Source of the DNA: Thermodesulfobacteriota bacterium
Lineage (GTDB): Bacteria; Desulfobacterota_D; UBA1144; Nemesobacterales; UBA2774
Direction of reading: 5' to 3'
Length of the DNA: 64,000 nt
Assembly: GCA_965216785.1 (NCBI GenBank)
Contig: OZ244197.1
Span: forward strand, 1,344,001-1,408,000
Positions 1 to 14,551 of this stretch are shown here, piece by piece. How positions within the stretch are numbered: position 1 is the stretch's first letter; each line of letters begins with the position of its first letter. Position numbers and translations under genes: made by a program. The notes beneath the pieces were generated by a model. The model ran no database searches. It was not told where the DNA came from and was given only the letters and a program-made list of their open reading frames with translations.

Positions 1-862
1 CAACTGCTTCTAAATCGATTATATTGAAGTTGCCTATAGACGGCTCCTTATGGCTCTGTATTATGAGATACCCTTTTAGTGAGTCATCATAACAGTATAA
101 GAATAGGTATTTTGAAAGTGGGTTTGAGTATCTCCAGTTAAAGAAAGATTCATTTTTAGGAAGAAAAATTTTATTCTTCGGTTTTAGATCATTAATAAGA
201 CGTGCCATTTCTTTGGGTTTTGGTTTATCAGTTACGAGAATTCGGGAATGGATTCCGGCTGCTGATCTATCATGCATTATTTTTAACATATCGGAGTTAT
301 TTTTTAATTTGAATATTTTTAATCCCAATGCTCTGATTGAGTTGTATATACCCGCCTTTCTGAGTATAGATTTGGCATACTTTACCGGAAGGGGGTCTTT
401 TAAGGGGATTTGTTTGTGAATAGACTTTATTCTGCCGATGCTTTTCCAACCCGTTGATAAGCAGCCTATAAGGTTTGTGGGGGTGGCGTTAAAGTTGAAA
501 AAATATGGATAGTCCGAGTCTTCAAGATCTTGAGCGGTATAATTGAGCATTTTGCTGTACAGTCCAGTATTTCTGTATTGTTGTTTTATTAAAAAGTCGG
601 CGGGACTTAGTGAGTGAAAACTTTTTGATGAGTTGCCTAACCGCCACTTGGATTCATAAAATCCCCTCATCGCAATAACTCCTTCTTCTGACCGGGCTAA
701 ATAGAGTATCGGAGGATTAGAATTTGGGCGGTCAATGTAGTTCCACTTAATATAGGCTCTGAATAAATCTACATCTAGATCCCAATTGGTTGCTTTGAGT
801 TCGGCGATTTGGTCTATATGATTTTCAAAGTTCTCTGAGTACCTAGTGATGGTATATTGCAT
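1..862 (-). CDS. GNAT-like N-acyltransferase (partial, runs off left edge)
   Basis: Absent from the ORF track; read manually from ATG 862 (MQYTITRYSENF...KWNYIDRPN...ADFLIKQQYRNTGLYSKML...FNWRYSNP), open to the edge. The YRxxG acyl-CoA-binding motif and WRY motif are typical of tandem GNAT proteins. Confidence 0.7.
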   Translation of the reverse strand, partial: MQYTITRYSENFENHIDQIAELKATNWDLDVDLFRAYIKWNYIDRPNSNPPILYLARSEEGVIAMRGFYESKWRLGNSSKSFHSLSPADFLIKQQYRNTGLYSKMLNYTAQDLEDSDYPYFFNFNATPTNLIGCLSTGWKSIGRIKSIHKQIPLKDPLPVKYAKSILRKAGIYNSIRALGLKIFKLKNNSDMLKIMHDRSAAGIHSRILVTDKPKPKEMARLINDLKPKNKIFLPKNESFFNWRYSNPLSKYLFLYCYDDSLKGYLIIQSHKEPSIGNFNIIDLEAV

Positions 863-886
863 CTATAATGAGGCCATAGATAAAAA

Positions 887-1147
887 TTATGGGCTGTAAT
901 TGTCTAAGAACTTTGCTATAGCGTCTATGGAATCCCACTCTTTGGTGAAATCCACGGTAGTCAGATCAAGCGGTGTTCCGGTTTCCTCTTCTATGAAAAC
1001 GGCTAATTCGAGTAGATACAACGATTCTATAAGACCCGAAGTAATAAGAGGCGTAGTGTTGTCAAAGTTTTCAGGAACGCCCTTACCTGAATCGTTTAAT
1101 TTGCCTGTGATAAATTCTGCGATTTGTGCTTTTAATATCTCGGACAT
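887..1147 (-). CDS. stand-alone acyl/aminoacyl carrier protein
   Basis: 86 aa, acidic; TPLITSGLIESL phosphopantetheine-site motif (ESL variant of DSL) and C-terminal WDSIDAIAKFL helix. Confidence 0.8.
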   Translation of the reverse strand: MSEILKAQIAEFITGKLNDSGKGVPENFDNTTPLITSGLIESLYLLELAVFIEEETGTPLDLTTVDFTKEWDSIDAIAKFLDNYSP

Positions 1148-1163
1148 GGTTTGATTTTGTTAT

Positions 1164-2165
1164 TTAGTTTTGGAGCTCCTTCCAAGCTATAGGATTTGCC
1201 ATTGCGACAACGACTTCTCTGGTTCCTGAAAATGGTCTTCTGCCGTGAGCGACCATCATGTTATCCAGCATTAGAACGTCGCCCTTTTCCCAGGGGAATG
1301 AAAAGGTTTCGTCATCATAAGCTTTTTTTAGCTTTTGAATTGTTTCTTGGTCTATACTTTTCCCGTTTCCATAATACGTGTTGTTGGGTAAGTCTTTTTC
1401 TTTAAAGAATTTGAGCATCATTTGCTGAAGCTTAGGCTCTATGGAAAATACATTGAGAACTGTGGCATGATTGATCCATAAGTTCTCGCCTGTATCCGGA
1501 TGTTTTACAGTAGCGGGTCTTTTCTGCCAGGTCTTTACTTTATCCTCGCCGATCCACTCAAACTCAATATCGGATTCAGTGCAAAACTTCTCCATTTCGG
1601 ATTTGTCTTCGGTTTGATATACTTCCTGCCATTTGAAGCCGAACGGGCCGCCGGTGAAATTTCTGACATATAGAACTCCATTATCCACAAACGGTTTTCT
1701 GATAGAAGGCTCGAGGCGGTTATAAACCTTTCTGACATCGGCGATCGGTGTTTCGCCGCCTTTGTCCGCAGTCTCGATACTATAGAAAAATATTTTCCTT
1801 GGGAACTTCGCGGCGAAAGAACTCTCATTGTGAAGTAGTATTTCCTGGTCCGGCGGATAATCGGTTGCAGTAAACACTTTGCCCTTTACTCGGGATCTTT
1901 GAGTTGCCCTGTCGTTATATTCAAGCGCATTACCGTAGGACTCTTCTATCATGTTTTGAAACTCATCCACTCCATCTAATTTAAATCCCCTGAATAGGAT
2001 GCCCCCATATTTAAGCAGGCTTTTATCGATTGTCTCTTTATGCAAATCGAACAAACCCGATAACGACATATTATCCTTATTCGGGGTAATAACGAGTGGA
2101 AGAACCGATTGGTCGTTTATAAAAGATGCGCTAAAATCTGTGTTCTCATTCAATTCACTAATCAT
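1164..2165 (-). CDS. TauD/TfdA family Fe(II)/2-oxoglutarate dioxygenase, SyrP-like
   Basis: GGILFRGF, HNESSF, GGETPIAD, W..GDVLMLDNMMVAHGRRPF motifs. Start is ATG 2165 or TTG 2195. Confidence 0.9.
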   Translation of the reverse strand: MISELNENTDFSASFINDQSVLPLVITPNKDNMSLSGLFDLHKETIDKSLLKYGGILFRGFKLDGVDEFQNMIEESYGNALEYNDRATQRSRVKGKVFTATDYPPDQEILLHNESSFAAKFPRKIFFYSIETADKGGETPIADVRKVYNRLEPSIRKPFVDNGVLYVRNFTGGPFGFKWQEVYQTEDKSEMEKFCTESDIEFEWIGEDKVKTWQKRPATVKHPDTGENLWINHATVLNVFSIEPKLQQMMLKFFKEKDLPNNTYYGNGKSIDQETIQKLKKAYDDETFSFPWEKGDVLMLDNMMVAHGRRPFSGTREVVVAMANPIAWKELQN

Positions 2166-2443
2166 GTTACCGTTTTGAAGAAATAAATCGATCAACTTTG
2201 CATAACCGCATATTTAACACTATACAGTTGGCACTTCGTTAGTGCAATATGTGCTATTAAATACCACAGCATATGAATTTGGATTAAAGATGGAGAATGC
2301 CTTAACGTTATCGTGCTTCAAATAACGCATTTATCAAAATTCGTCTTTGCTCTGTTCCGAAAAACAGGAGATTATATGCTCTCTGGTTACAGAATGTGAA
2401 AATCGGAGAGCCCGGTATAGGCTCCCCGGTTCATTGGTAAAGT

Positions 2444-3613
2444 TTAGTATCTAGGCATATCGGGATCGAATTTCTCTGCCCACTCGTCTATGCCGCCCGC
2501 GAGGTTCTTAACGTTCTTAAACCCCTGGTCTTTGAGGAAGTTCGTGGCCCTCATGCTGCGACCGCCTGTGTGGCAGTGAACGACGATCTCATCGTCTTCG
2601 TTTAGCTCATCGAGTCTATCCGGAAGCTCGCCGAGCGGGATGAGTACTGAGTCCTCGATGTTAGCGATATCGTACTCATGGTATTCCCTTACGTCGAGCA
2701 GTACCACGTTGTTGCCGTTCTCGCGTTTTTCTTTGAATTGCTCAACAGAGATTTCCAATACATCTTCTGAAATCTCGTTAACGTTTGTGGTTTCTTCCTG
2801 CCCGAGCTCGCCCCTGCCAATACCGCAGAACGCTTCATAGTCGATAAGCTCTTTTATTGTGGCGTTGTGTCCGCATATTGGGCAATCGGGGTCTTTACGG
2901 AGCTTCATCTCGCGGGGCTGCATCTCCAGCACGTCTAGGAACAAGAGCCTTCCTATGAGCGGTGTGCCCTTGCCGATGATGAGCTTTACCGTTTCAGCCG
3001 CCTGTAGTGTGCCTATTACTCCCGGGAGTATTCCAAGCACTCCTCCCTCTGCGCAGCTCGGTACGAGTCCGGGCGGCGGGGGCTCGGGGTAGAGGCAGCG
3101 GTAGCAGGGCCCGTGCTGGGCGTCGAATACGCTTACCTGCCCTTCGAAGCGGAATATGCTTCCGTAAACGTTTGGCTTTCCAAGGAGAACGCAAGAGTCG
3201 TTGACGAGGTAGCGGGTGGCGAAGTTGTCTGTGCCGTCTACCACGATGTCGTAATCCTTTATAATCTCCATCGCGTTCGCCGAAGTAAGCATCTCGTTAT
3301 AAGTAGTAACTTTTATGTCTGAGTTGAGCTTTAGGATCCTGTCCTTGGCAGACTCCACTTTAAGCTCGCCGATGGTGTCTTCGCCGTGGATGATCTGTCT
3401 TTGGAGGTTGCTGAAATCCACAACGTCAAAGTCCAGTATCCCCAGGTGGCCAACGCCCGCGGCGGCCAGATATAATGCCAGGGGAGACCCGAGCCCGCCC
3501 GCGCCTATGCACAGCACGCTTGCGGCGGCCAGCTTTTCCTGCCCCTCTACCCCAACCTCGGGCATTATTAAATGTCTGCTGTAACGTTTAATCTGATCGT
3601 TTGTAAGACCCAT
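2444..3613 (-). CDS. moeB: molybdopterin-synthase adenylyltransferase/sulfurtransferase MoeB/MoeZ (ThiF + rhodanese)
   Basis: RYSRH, GAGGLGS, SNLQRQ, CYRC, CPIC and C-terminal rhodanese CHTGGRS. Confidence 0.93.
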   Translation of the reverse strand: MGLTNDQIKRYSRHLIMPEVGVEGQEKLAAASVLCIGAGGLGSPLALYLAAAGVGHLGILDFDVVDFSNLQRQIIHGEDTIGELKVESAKDRILKLNSDIKVTTYNEMLTSANAMEIIKDYDIVVDGTDNFATRYLVNDSCVLLGKPNVYGSIFRFEGQVSVFDAQHGPCYRCLYPEPPPPGLVPSCAEGGVLGILPGVIGTLQAAETVKLIIGKGTPLIGRLLFLDVLEMQPREMKLRKDPDCPICGHNATIKELIDYEAFCGIGRGELGQEETTNVNEISEDVLEISVEQFKEKRENGNNVVLLDVREYHEYDIANIEDSVLIPLGELPDRLDELNEDDEIVVHCHTGGRSMRATNFLKDQGFKNVKNLAGGIDEWAEKFDPDMPRY

Positions 3614-3906
3614 ATCTTTACCTTCCCGTATATTATAAAGTGTAAAAGCCACTATAAATTAATACAAAATGAGATATTTTCAACCTCTGGGGATTATTAG
3701 AGTTTTCGGGCTTTTATTCGATACTGTAAATATAACATAGCCAAACGAAATTTATCAGGTATAGTAATTAAGCGTTGACGATTTATTTGAGTTGTCATCG
3801 CGCGTTTTCAAGGGTTTAGATACACTAATGTTGCCTAAGGATTCGGGGTAGTTTACAGAGCTAGTTTCCTCCCTTTTGCGATTTAAAAAAAGTTTTCAAA
3901 AACACC

Positions 3907-3936
3907 TTGACAAGCATTTTCAATGTTTTATATTAT
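3907..3936 (+). promoter_or_regulatory. sigma-70 promoter of the rRNA operon
   Basis: TTGACA at 3907 and TATTAT at 3931; boxA-like GATCTTTGAAAA at about 3975, repeated as GATCTTTGACAA at about 6007. Confidence 0.7.
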
Positions 3937-4039
3937 ATGTCCCTTTCACGGGAGATGTCTTCTACAGATATCCTGATCTTTGAAAATTAAATAGCAGATA
4001 AGCGGGCGAATTAAGAGCTAAGCAATCCTTTATCAAACT

Positions 4040-5603
<1,564 letters not shown>

Positions 5604-5752
5604 TAACGGAGTTAAAGAGCTTAGACTTATGTGCTCGCTTCATCTGCTATTAAATTTTGGTGCTCTTTTTAGATCTGTATCAACGGCCATCTTGGTTTTA
5701 TTGCTAGCCAGGCCCGTGATATGTAGTCGAGTCGCTGATTAAACTTATTATA

Positions 5753-5829
<77 letters not shown>

Positions 5830-5865
5830 CCTTATACTTTTTCAGCGTTAGTTCTGGAATCTTCC

Positions 5866-5938
5866 GGGGGTGTAGCTCAGATGGGAGAGCGCCTGCCTTG
5901 CAAGCAGGAGGTCGGCGGTTCGAATCCGCTCACCTCCA
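5866..5938 (+). tRNA. tRNA-Ala(TGC), CCA not encoded
   Basis: GGGGGTG/CACCTCC acceptor stem with G3:U70; anticodon loop TT TGC AA region; followed by TA rather than CCA. Confidence 0.97.
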
Positions 5939-6128
5939 TATTGATTGCAAATCAGGTCGATAAAAGAGCATTACGAAAAGTTCATTTTGCAAATACATTT
6001 TGCAACGATCTTTGACAATTTCATATTGTGCTGAGTAAAATCGAAGCGTGTTTTATTATATTTTTTACGGCTTATAAACTGTTTGTTTGCGTAGTTTGTG
6101 AACAGAGTACGGCGATTTTCGTACCTTG

Positions 6129-9138
<3,010 letters not shown>

Positions 9139-9311
9139 GGGGTTTGAAAATTTCCGTGCTAACGTTTACGAACTTAAAACACTAAGTAAGCCAAAGCGCG
9201 CCAAGATTTCTCAGCACAATATGTAATTGTCAAAGGTCATTTTTTCCTTCCGGATTAAATTCCTAAATGCTTGTCTTAACGATCTGCTATATTGCTTAGA
9301 CGGGTTGCGTA

Positions 9312-10088
9312 ATGACTAAGACAGACGATCACACACATAATCAAATCATCATAGATCAATTTTCCAAACAATCTGTACCGTTTGCGAAAATACCGGGGCA
9401 CCTGGATTCAATTGAAACACTTGTTTATATGTCCGGTGCAACAAAGTCCGACAGGGTTTTGGATGTTGCGTGCGGTCCAGGAGTGGTTGCCTGCGAGTTC
9501 GCAAAATCCGCCGGGCACGTTACCGGAATTGATATTACGCCTGAGATGATTGAACAGGCAGAGCTGCATCAAAAGGAAAAGGGAATTGAGAATGTTTCAT
9601 GGCACATTGGCGACGTGCTGCCACTGCCGTATCCTGACGATAGCTTCACTGTAGTTGTGACCAGGTATAGCTTTCACCACTTTCTAAGTCCGAAAGAGGT
9701 GCTAGTGGAAATGCTGAGGGTTTGTAAGCCTGGGGGTAAGGTTGTAGTCGCAGACGTTGCTGTCTCATCGGAAAAGGCTCAAGCATATAACTCTATGGAA
9801 AAGCTTCGTGACCCCTCTCACGTGAGGGCTTTGACTGAATCCGAGCTTGAGGGCTTAATGAGTGAAGCCGGTCTGGTAAATGTTAATAAAAGCACATATG
9901 AAGTTGAAATAGAGCTTGAAACACAGCTACAAGCGTCATTCCCGTTACCGGGAGACGATGATAGAATTCGAGAGCTGTTCCGCCGGGATATAGGTCTTAA
10001 TAACCTCGGTGTAGGCGCGCATATGATTGGTGATGAAATCCATTTCGCCTATCCTATAACCGTACTTGCCGGTGATAAAAGGGTTTGA
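9312..10088 (+). CDS. class I SAM-dependent methyltransferase
   Basis: VLDVACGPG motif I, GIDIT, LPYPDDSF, RVCKPGG. Confidence 0.9.
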   Translation: MTKTDDHTHNQIIIDQFSKQSVPFAKIPGHLDSIETLVYMSGATKSDRVLDVACGPGVVACEFAKSAGHVTGIDITPEMIEQAELHQKEKGIENVSWHIGDVLPLPYPDDSFTVVVTRYSFHHFLSPKEVLVEMLRVCKPGGKVVVADVAVSSEKAQAYNSMEKLRDPSHVRALTESELEGLMSEAGLVNVNKSTYEVEIELETQLQASFPLPGDDDRIRELFRRDIGLNNLGVGAHMIGDEIHFAYPITVLAGDKRV

Positions 10089-10150
10089 AACCGTAACTTA
10101 GAAACACTAAGATTTCTACATAATATCTAATTCACAAAAGTCACTTCTCC
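10081..10150 (+). repeat. degenerate copy of the 23S rRNA 3' trailer (9140-9247)
   Basis: Co-linear blocks GGGTTTGAAA, CCGT, AACTTA(G)AAACACTAAG and ATTTCT...AATAT.TAATT..CAAA.GTCA in both copies. Confidence 0.7.
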
Positions 10151-10260
10151 ACGGCTGACTGCTTACTCACTCTGTTTACAATGAACCTCTTTATTTCCAC
10201 ATTTACAGCTTGTAATTAAAGCCCTCGGGATTAATATAATATATACGGGGGTAACACGTC

Positions 10261-10527
10261 ATGAATGTATTTCTTATTACCTATGAGCTTCATTACAATA
10301 AGGATTACCAAAAGATTCAGGACGCGATACAGTCGCTCGGGGGCTGCATACACTGCCTTCGCTCGGTGTGGCTTGTGAATACCTCGTTCTCACTCGCTCA
10401 GGTCCATGAGCTTTTGAAAGATAAAATAGATGATGACGACTCGCTCCTTATCCTTAAACCCTCAAAAGAGTGGGACAGCATGAACCTTCCGCTTAAATGC
10501 AAGACTTGGCTCAAGAACCATCTTTAA
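10261..10527 (+). CDS. small Cas2/VapD-like ferredoxin-fold protein (so-called SinR-family hypothetical)
   Basis: 88 aa with LITYEL...Y..I..AI..LG...H.L.SVWLV...D.L pattern; SD GGGGG and upstream promoter. Confidence 0.6.
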   Translation: MNVFLITYELHYNKDYQKIQDAIQSLGGCIHCLRSVWLVNTSFSLAQVHELLKDKIDDDDSLLILKPSKEWDSMNLPLKCKTWLKNHL

Positions 10528-10592
10528 GTTGATAACAGGGGTGTTGTTATGATCTTATGCTCTGTGATGAGGCCTGAAGTATGTTTGAATAC

Positions 10593-13500
10593 TCACTTGA
10601 CTTTTTTTATGCTCCCGTCCAGCCCTACTATGATTTCACTTGCTCCGGCAGGTATATTGGATAAAGTGGTTTTCCCTCCGGGCCACATTATGCTTATCTG
10701 ACTGGGAGCTTCGGGGGTTCCCATAACCTGCACCGCCGAGTCCTGCGACCAGTAACCCGAGCCCGCGTGCACTTCCCTGGCAGGACCGTATCTCTCCCCG
10801 TATACAAGTCTTATTATAGCCCCTACCGCGTCCGGATTTTCCTCCGACCCAGAAAGCCTGACTCTCAGACCAGGCTTTGCTAGTTTGTTTCTGTAGAGCA
10901 CGGTTTGCGCCCCGTTCTGTGTAACCACCAGGTCCACTCTTCCGTCGTTGTCGAAATCACCCGAAGCCGATCCTCGCTGATCGCCGTATACTTTGATGCC
11001 GGATTTCTGTCCCGGGATCGGAACAAGGCCACCCTTACCGTCCCCCTTTAAAAGGAGCCCGCGTCCGGCGTCGATGCGCGGGGTTTCAATCTGCGAAGCG
11101 AAAAAGTTCTGAGTAATAAAAACGTCTTCATTCCCGTCCCCGTCGTAGTCCGCAGCACTCACACCGAAAGAAGGGGCAAACTGAGCTTCAACCGGTAAAG
11201 AGACTGCCTCGAATTTCTCGCTCATGTTGAAAAACACCATGTTGTCAAGGGTGGTTGCAGTGGCCACTCCTGAGTTTTTAATCTCTGACCCGTAGATATC
11301 CATTATGCCTGCTGAACCGTAGTCTTCATAAGTAGGCGTCTTAGTCTTTACAAAGGGCATAGCGTCTGACGAGCAGGACAGGCCGCGCTCGGGCACGAGC
11401 TCGGACATCGCTTCATCGTAGTGCGCTTCTACAATATCAAGCGTGCCGTCGTCATTGAAATCATCGTAGTAAACGTATAACGGATGCTCTTCGTCGAGAT
11501 GGTATTTATGGTTCCTACCCCAGTTAGTGGCAATTATGTCCATCCTTCCGTCCCCGTCCAGGTCTGTCGTTGTGACGCCGTTCCACCATCCTGTGTAGGC
11601 AGAGAGACCGAGCTCTGAAGTTGTATCCCTGAACGCACCCTTGTCGTTAACGAAAACGCTAAGTGGTCCCCACTCGGGTGCAAGCACTAAGTCTGGGTCT
11701 CCGTCTCCATCCAGATCGCTGAATACGGCGCCGCTTACCATGCCTAGTGATTTGAATGCGGCATTGTTACTTGAGTCGGGCTCGAACCCTGAGCCCGAGT
11801 TTCTGTATATTAACGATGAAGCTGGCTCTGGATATCTTCCGGGTATAGTGCGTCCCCCGACAAATAGGTCTAGGTCTCCGTCACTGTCTATATCCGCCAT
11901 GGCAACTGGGCCGGTTGCGGACTCCTGTGCAGGGAGCACCTCTTCTATGCTGAGAGCCCCTTCCCGTATACTGTATTTCATGGCCGAGGGAGCGGGACTT
12001 TCGGGATTCTCAAAATTGGAAATCCCGATGACCATCGAGGACGAGTCCCGAGCACCGCTCCAGGCTACAACCGATGTCTGGTCAAGCTTAGACACGTCTG
12101 TGCTGTCTCCCATATCAACTGGTGTAAAACTCCCTTGACCGTCGTTTATATATACGGCGAGATTACCGCCCTTTCCACTCGTAACAATGAGGTCTTGATC
12201 CCCGTCCCAGTCCAGATCATGCCACGCTGCTCCAGGCCCCAACTGGCTCAGTCTGTTGGGAAGGAGCGACTGCACAGCAAAATCATCGAACTCTTCCTCT
12301 TGGTGTGTATGATCGATTCGCTCGCTTACGTCCTCGAAGAGCGGCTCTGCTATCGGGGGCCCAGTCTGAAGTGCTTTTTCGGCATACTTTTCGTCTATTA
12401 TGTAAGTGTGATTAGGTTTGACATTATGAACTACGCTTTTTTTACCGTTCCGCCATGTGACTTCGATCGTCATCCCGTCTTGTGTGTCTCCAGGAGCAAA
12501 AGTGAGAACAGGGTCTGAGCCCGAAAGATATCTTCCGCCCGCAATCACTTCCTGGCTCTGCTCGACCGGGCCGCCGGTGAATCTTATCTCCGCTCCCACA
12601 CCCTGAGTGTTGGGCGGGAGGCCTCTTAAACGTACAGAGACTCTTGGGTCTGCGGAATTGTTCCTGTAAACGGAGGCCGGGCTCTCGAGGTTATTGAGCA
12701 CGAGATCCAGGTCGCCGTCGTTATCGAAGTCGGCGAGCGCTGCACCGTGGGATATACCTTTATAATCGAGCCCCCATTCTGCGCCTACTTCCTCGAAAGT
12801 TAGATCGCCCTTATTCCTGTAGGCCAAGTTCTCGGTTTCAAGCCTGGGGTAAAGCAGTAGTGTCTGCCGCTGCGCTTCTGCGTCTTGGAGCTTTAAAGAC
12901 TTTATATAGTTTAAAGTGTCTGAATCCTGAACGTCTCTTGCATGACCGTTAGATATAAACAGGTCTTCATAACCATCGAGGTCGATGTCGAAAAAGACCG
13001 TTGACCACGACCATTCGGAGCCCTGGAGGCCGCTCAGGTTGGCGATCTCTGCATATGTATCGTCACCCCTGTTAAGATAAAGCGTGTTACGCATAATCTG
13101 AGGGCGGTTGTCGATTTCTCCTATACTGGCAGGGGTAGGTTTCATGGTTCCCATCTGCATTTTTCTTAACTTGTGATCCCGGCTCAACATGTCAACGACG
13201 AAAAAGTCGTAGTCACCGTCACGGTCAATGTCAGAGAAGTCAATGCCCATCGATGTTGCGCTCGTATTTCTTAAAGCGAGCTTGTCTATAGCTCTAAAGC
13301 GGCCTCTGCCGTCGTTTATCCAAATACGGTCGGGACTCCAGAAATCATTGCACACGTAAATATCCGGGTCGCCGTCTTTGTCCATGTCCCGGAAAGTTAC
13401 GGATAGACCCCAATCGAGCGGAGGCCCTGTGAGTTTGCCGCCGTCCTCGTCTAAAAACGAGCCGTCAGTCCATGACAGAGGCTTAAAATTCCCCCTTCCG

Positions 13501-14300
13501 TCATTTATGTAGAGCTGGTCGGGTTCTCCGTATTCCTTTAACCTGCCGTCAGTGATTACGATCCTGTTTTTCAGTCTGTCGGGGACAGTGAGCTTGCCGT
13601 TAACCCTCTGAAGAGTGATCTCTCCCCCGTAATCCCTCAGAGTCTCCGTACGGTAGTTTGCGGCGTATAAGTCAAGGTCGCCGTCGCCCTCGATGTCGGC
13701 AAGCGCTAGGGAATAGGTTCCGTACCCGGTCTTAAGTCCAGAGGGCTCGGTAGTTTCTTCGAATTTCCCTCTGCCATCGTTGAGGAACAGTCTAATCCCG
13801 CTCCCAAGACCGCTTACCAGAAGGTCCTGGTCATAGTCACCGTCCACATCGGCGAGGGCAGCGCCTGTTGAGAATTGTTCCGCAAGGGCGATATCGGCCC
13901 CGGCTTCAGCAGTAATGTCTTTAAACTTCCAGTTTCCGACATTCTTATAAAGAACATTGGGACCGTCGAGCCGCGGGAAATAGATGTCGGTAAGGCCGTC
14001 GTTATCAATATCGCCTGCGGCGACTCCAGACCCATTGTTGCGGAGCTGGTTTGAGGCGGACTGAGCGTCACTCAGTATATTAGAGAATACAATACCTGTT
14101 TGCTCAGACGTAAGCGCAGTGAAGCCCGTTTTTCCTTTCGCTGGCACGACCAGGGGCCTTGATGCGAACCCCTTTTCAACTCTCCACCCGTTCTCTTCGG
14201 TAAAGAGGCCGGGCTCATCGCCGGTACATCCGGAAATAATCAATAACCCCGATAGTAATAACGAAATATATATTAAAGCTGATATACTTTTTGTATTCAT
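10593..14300 (-). CDS. CRTAC1-like FG-GAP/VCBS repeat lipoprotein with two ASPIC/UnbV domains
   Basis: Lipobox ISGC, many DxDxDGDxD repeats, two GA.I.....Q....G.GY.S ASPIC segments. Confidence 0.9.
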   Translation of the reverse strand: MNTKSISALIYISLLLSGLLIISGCTGDEPGLFTEENGWRVEKGFASRPLVVPAKGKTGFTALTSEQTGIVFSNILSDAQSASNQLRNNGSGVAAGDIDNDGLTDIYFPRLDGPNVLYKNVGNWKFKDITAEAGADIALAEQFSTGAALADVDGDYDQDLLVSGLGSGIRLFLNDGRGKFEETTEPSGLKTGYGTYSLALADIEGDGDLDLYAANYRTETLRDYGGEITLQRVNGKLTVPDRLKNRIVITDGRLKEYGEPDQLYINDGRGNFKPLSWTDGSFLDEDGGKLTGPPLDWGLSVTFRDMDKDGDPDIYVCNDFWSPDRIWINDGRGRFRAIDKLALRNTSATSMGIDFSDIDRDGDYDFFVVDMLSRDHKLRKMQMGTMKPTPASIGEIDNRPQIMRNTLYLNRGDDTYAEIANLSGLQGSEWSWSTVFFDIDLDGYEDLFISNGHARDVQDSDTLNYIKSLKLQDAEAQRQTLLLYPRLETENLAYRNKGDLTFEEVGAEWGLDYKGISHGAALADFDNDGDLDLVLNNLESPASVYRNNSADPRVSVRLRGLPPNTQGVGAEIRFTGGPVEQSQEVIAGGRYLSGSDPVLTFAPGDTQDGMTIEVTWRNGKKSVVHNVKPNHTYIIDEKYAEKALQTGPPIAEPLFEDVSERIDHTHQEEEFDDFAVQSLLPNRLSQLGPGAAWHDLDWDGDQDLIVTSGKGGNLAVYINDGQGSFTPVDMGDSTDVSKLDQTSVVAWSGARDSSSMVIGISNFENPESPAPSAMKYSIREGALSIEEVLPAQESATGPVAMADIDSDGDLDLFVGGRTIPGRYPEPASSLIYRNSGSGFEPDSSNNAAFKSLGMVSGAVFSDLDGDGDPDLVLAPEWGPLSVFVNDKGAFRDTTSELGLSAYTGWWNGVTTTDLDGDGRMDIIATNWGRNHKYHLDEEHPLYVYYDDFNDDGTLDIVEAHYDEAMSELVPERGLSCSSDAMPFVKTKTPTYEDYGSAGIMDIYGSEIKNSGVATATTLDNMVFFNMSEKFEAVSLPVEAQFAPSFGVSAADYDGDGNEDVFITQNFFASQIETPRIDAGRGLLLKGDGKGGLVPIPGQKSGIKVYGDQRGSASGDFDNDGRVDLVVTQNGAQTVLYRNKLAKPGLRVRLSGSEENPDAVGAIIRLVYGERYGPAREVHAGSGYWSQDSAVQVMGTPEAPSQISIMWPGGKTTLSNIPAGASEIIVGLDGSIKKVK

Positions 14301-14551
14301 TTAACCATACAGGAACCTAAAAACGACTTAACCGTTAGTTTTTTTAATAGTATACACTAGGCTTTAGTGCGGTGTGAATACGATATATCGCGGTTGTAAA
14401 TATTGTGAAAAAGTATGGTACTGGAGTGTATTACGGGGTGTGCCGGATACTTTTATTCTTTTTTTTGAACGGTTGTTTGCTTTTTTACCGGTTTTGTGAT
14501 ATTGTGAAAAAAGATTAGTATTTGTTAATATATACAAAAGAGGATGGGAAT

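Noticed and set aside
2229-2248. TTGGCAC upstream of the TauD gene as a sigma-54 promoter
   Set aside because: Wrong strand for the gene and no TTGC at the correct spacing.
10261-10527. CRISPR-Cas locus suggested by the Cas2-like protein
   Set aside because: No cas1, no effector genes and no repeat-spacer array in the window.
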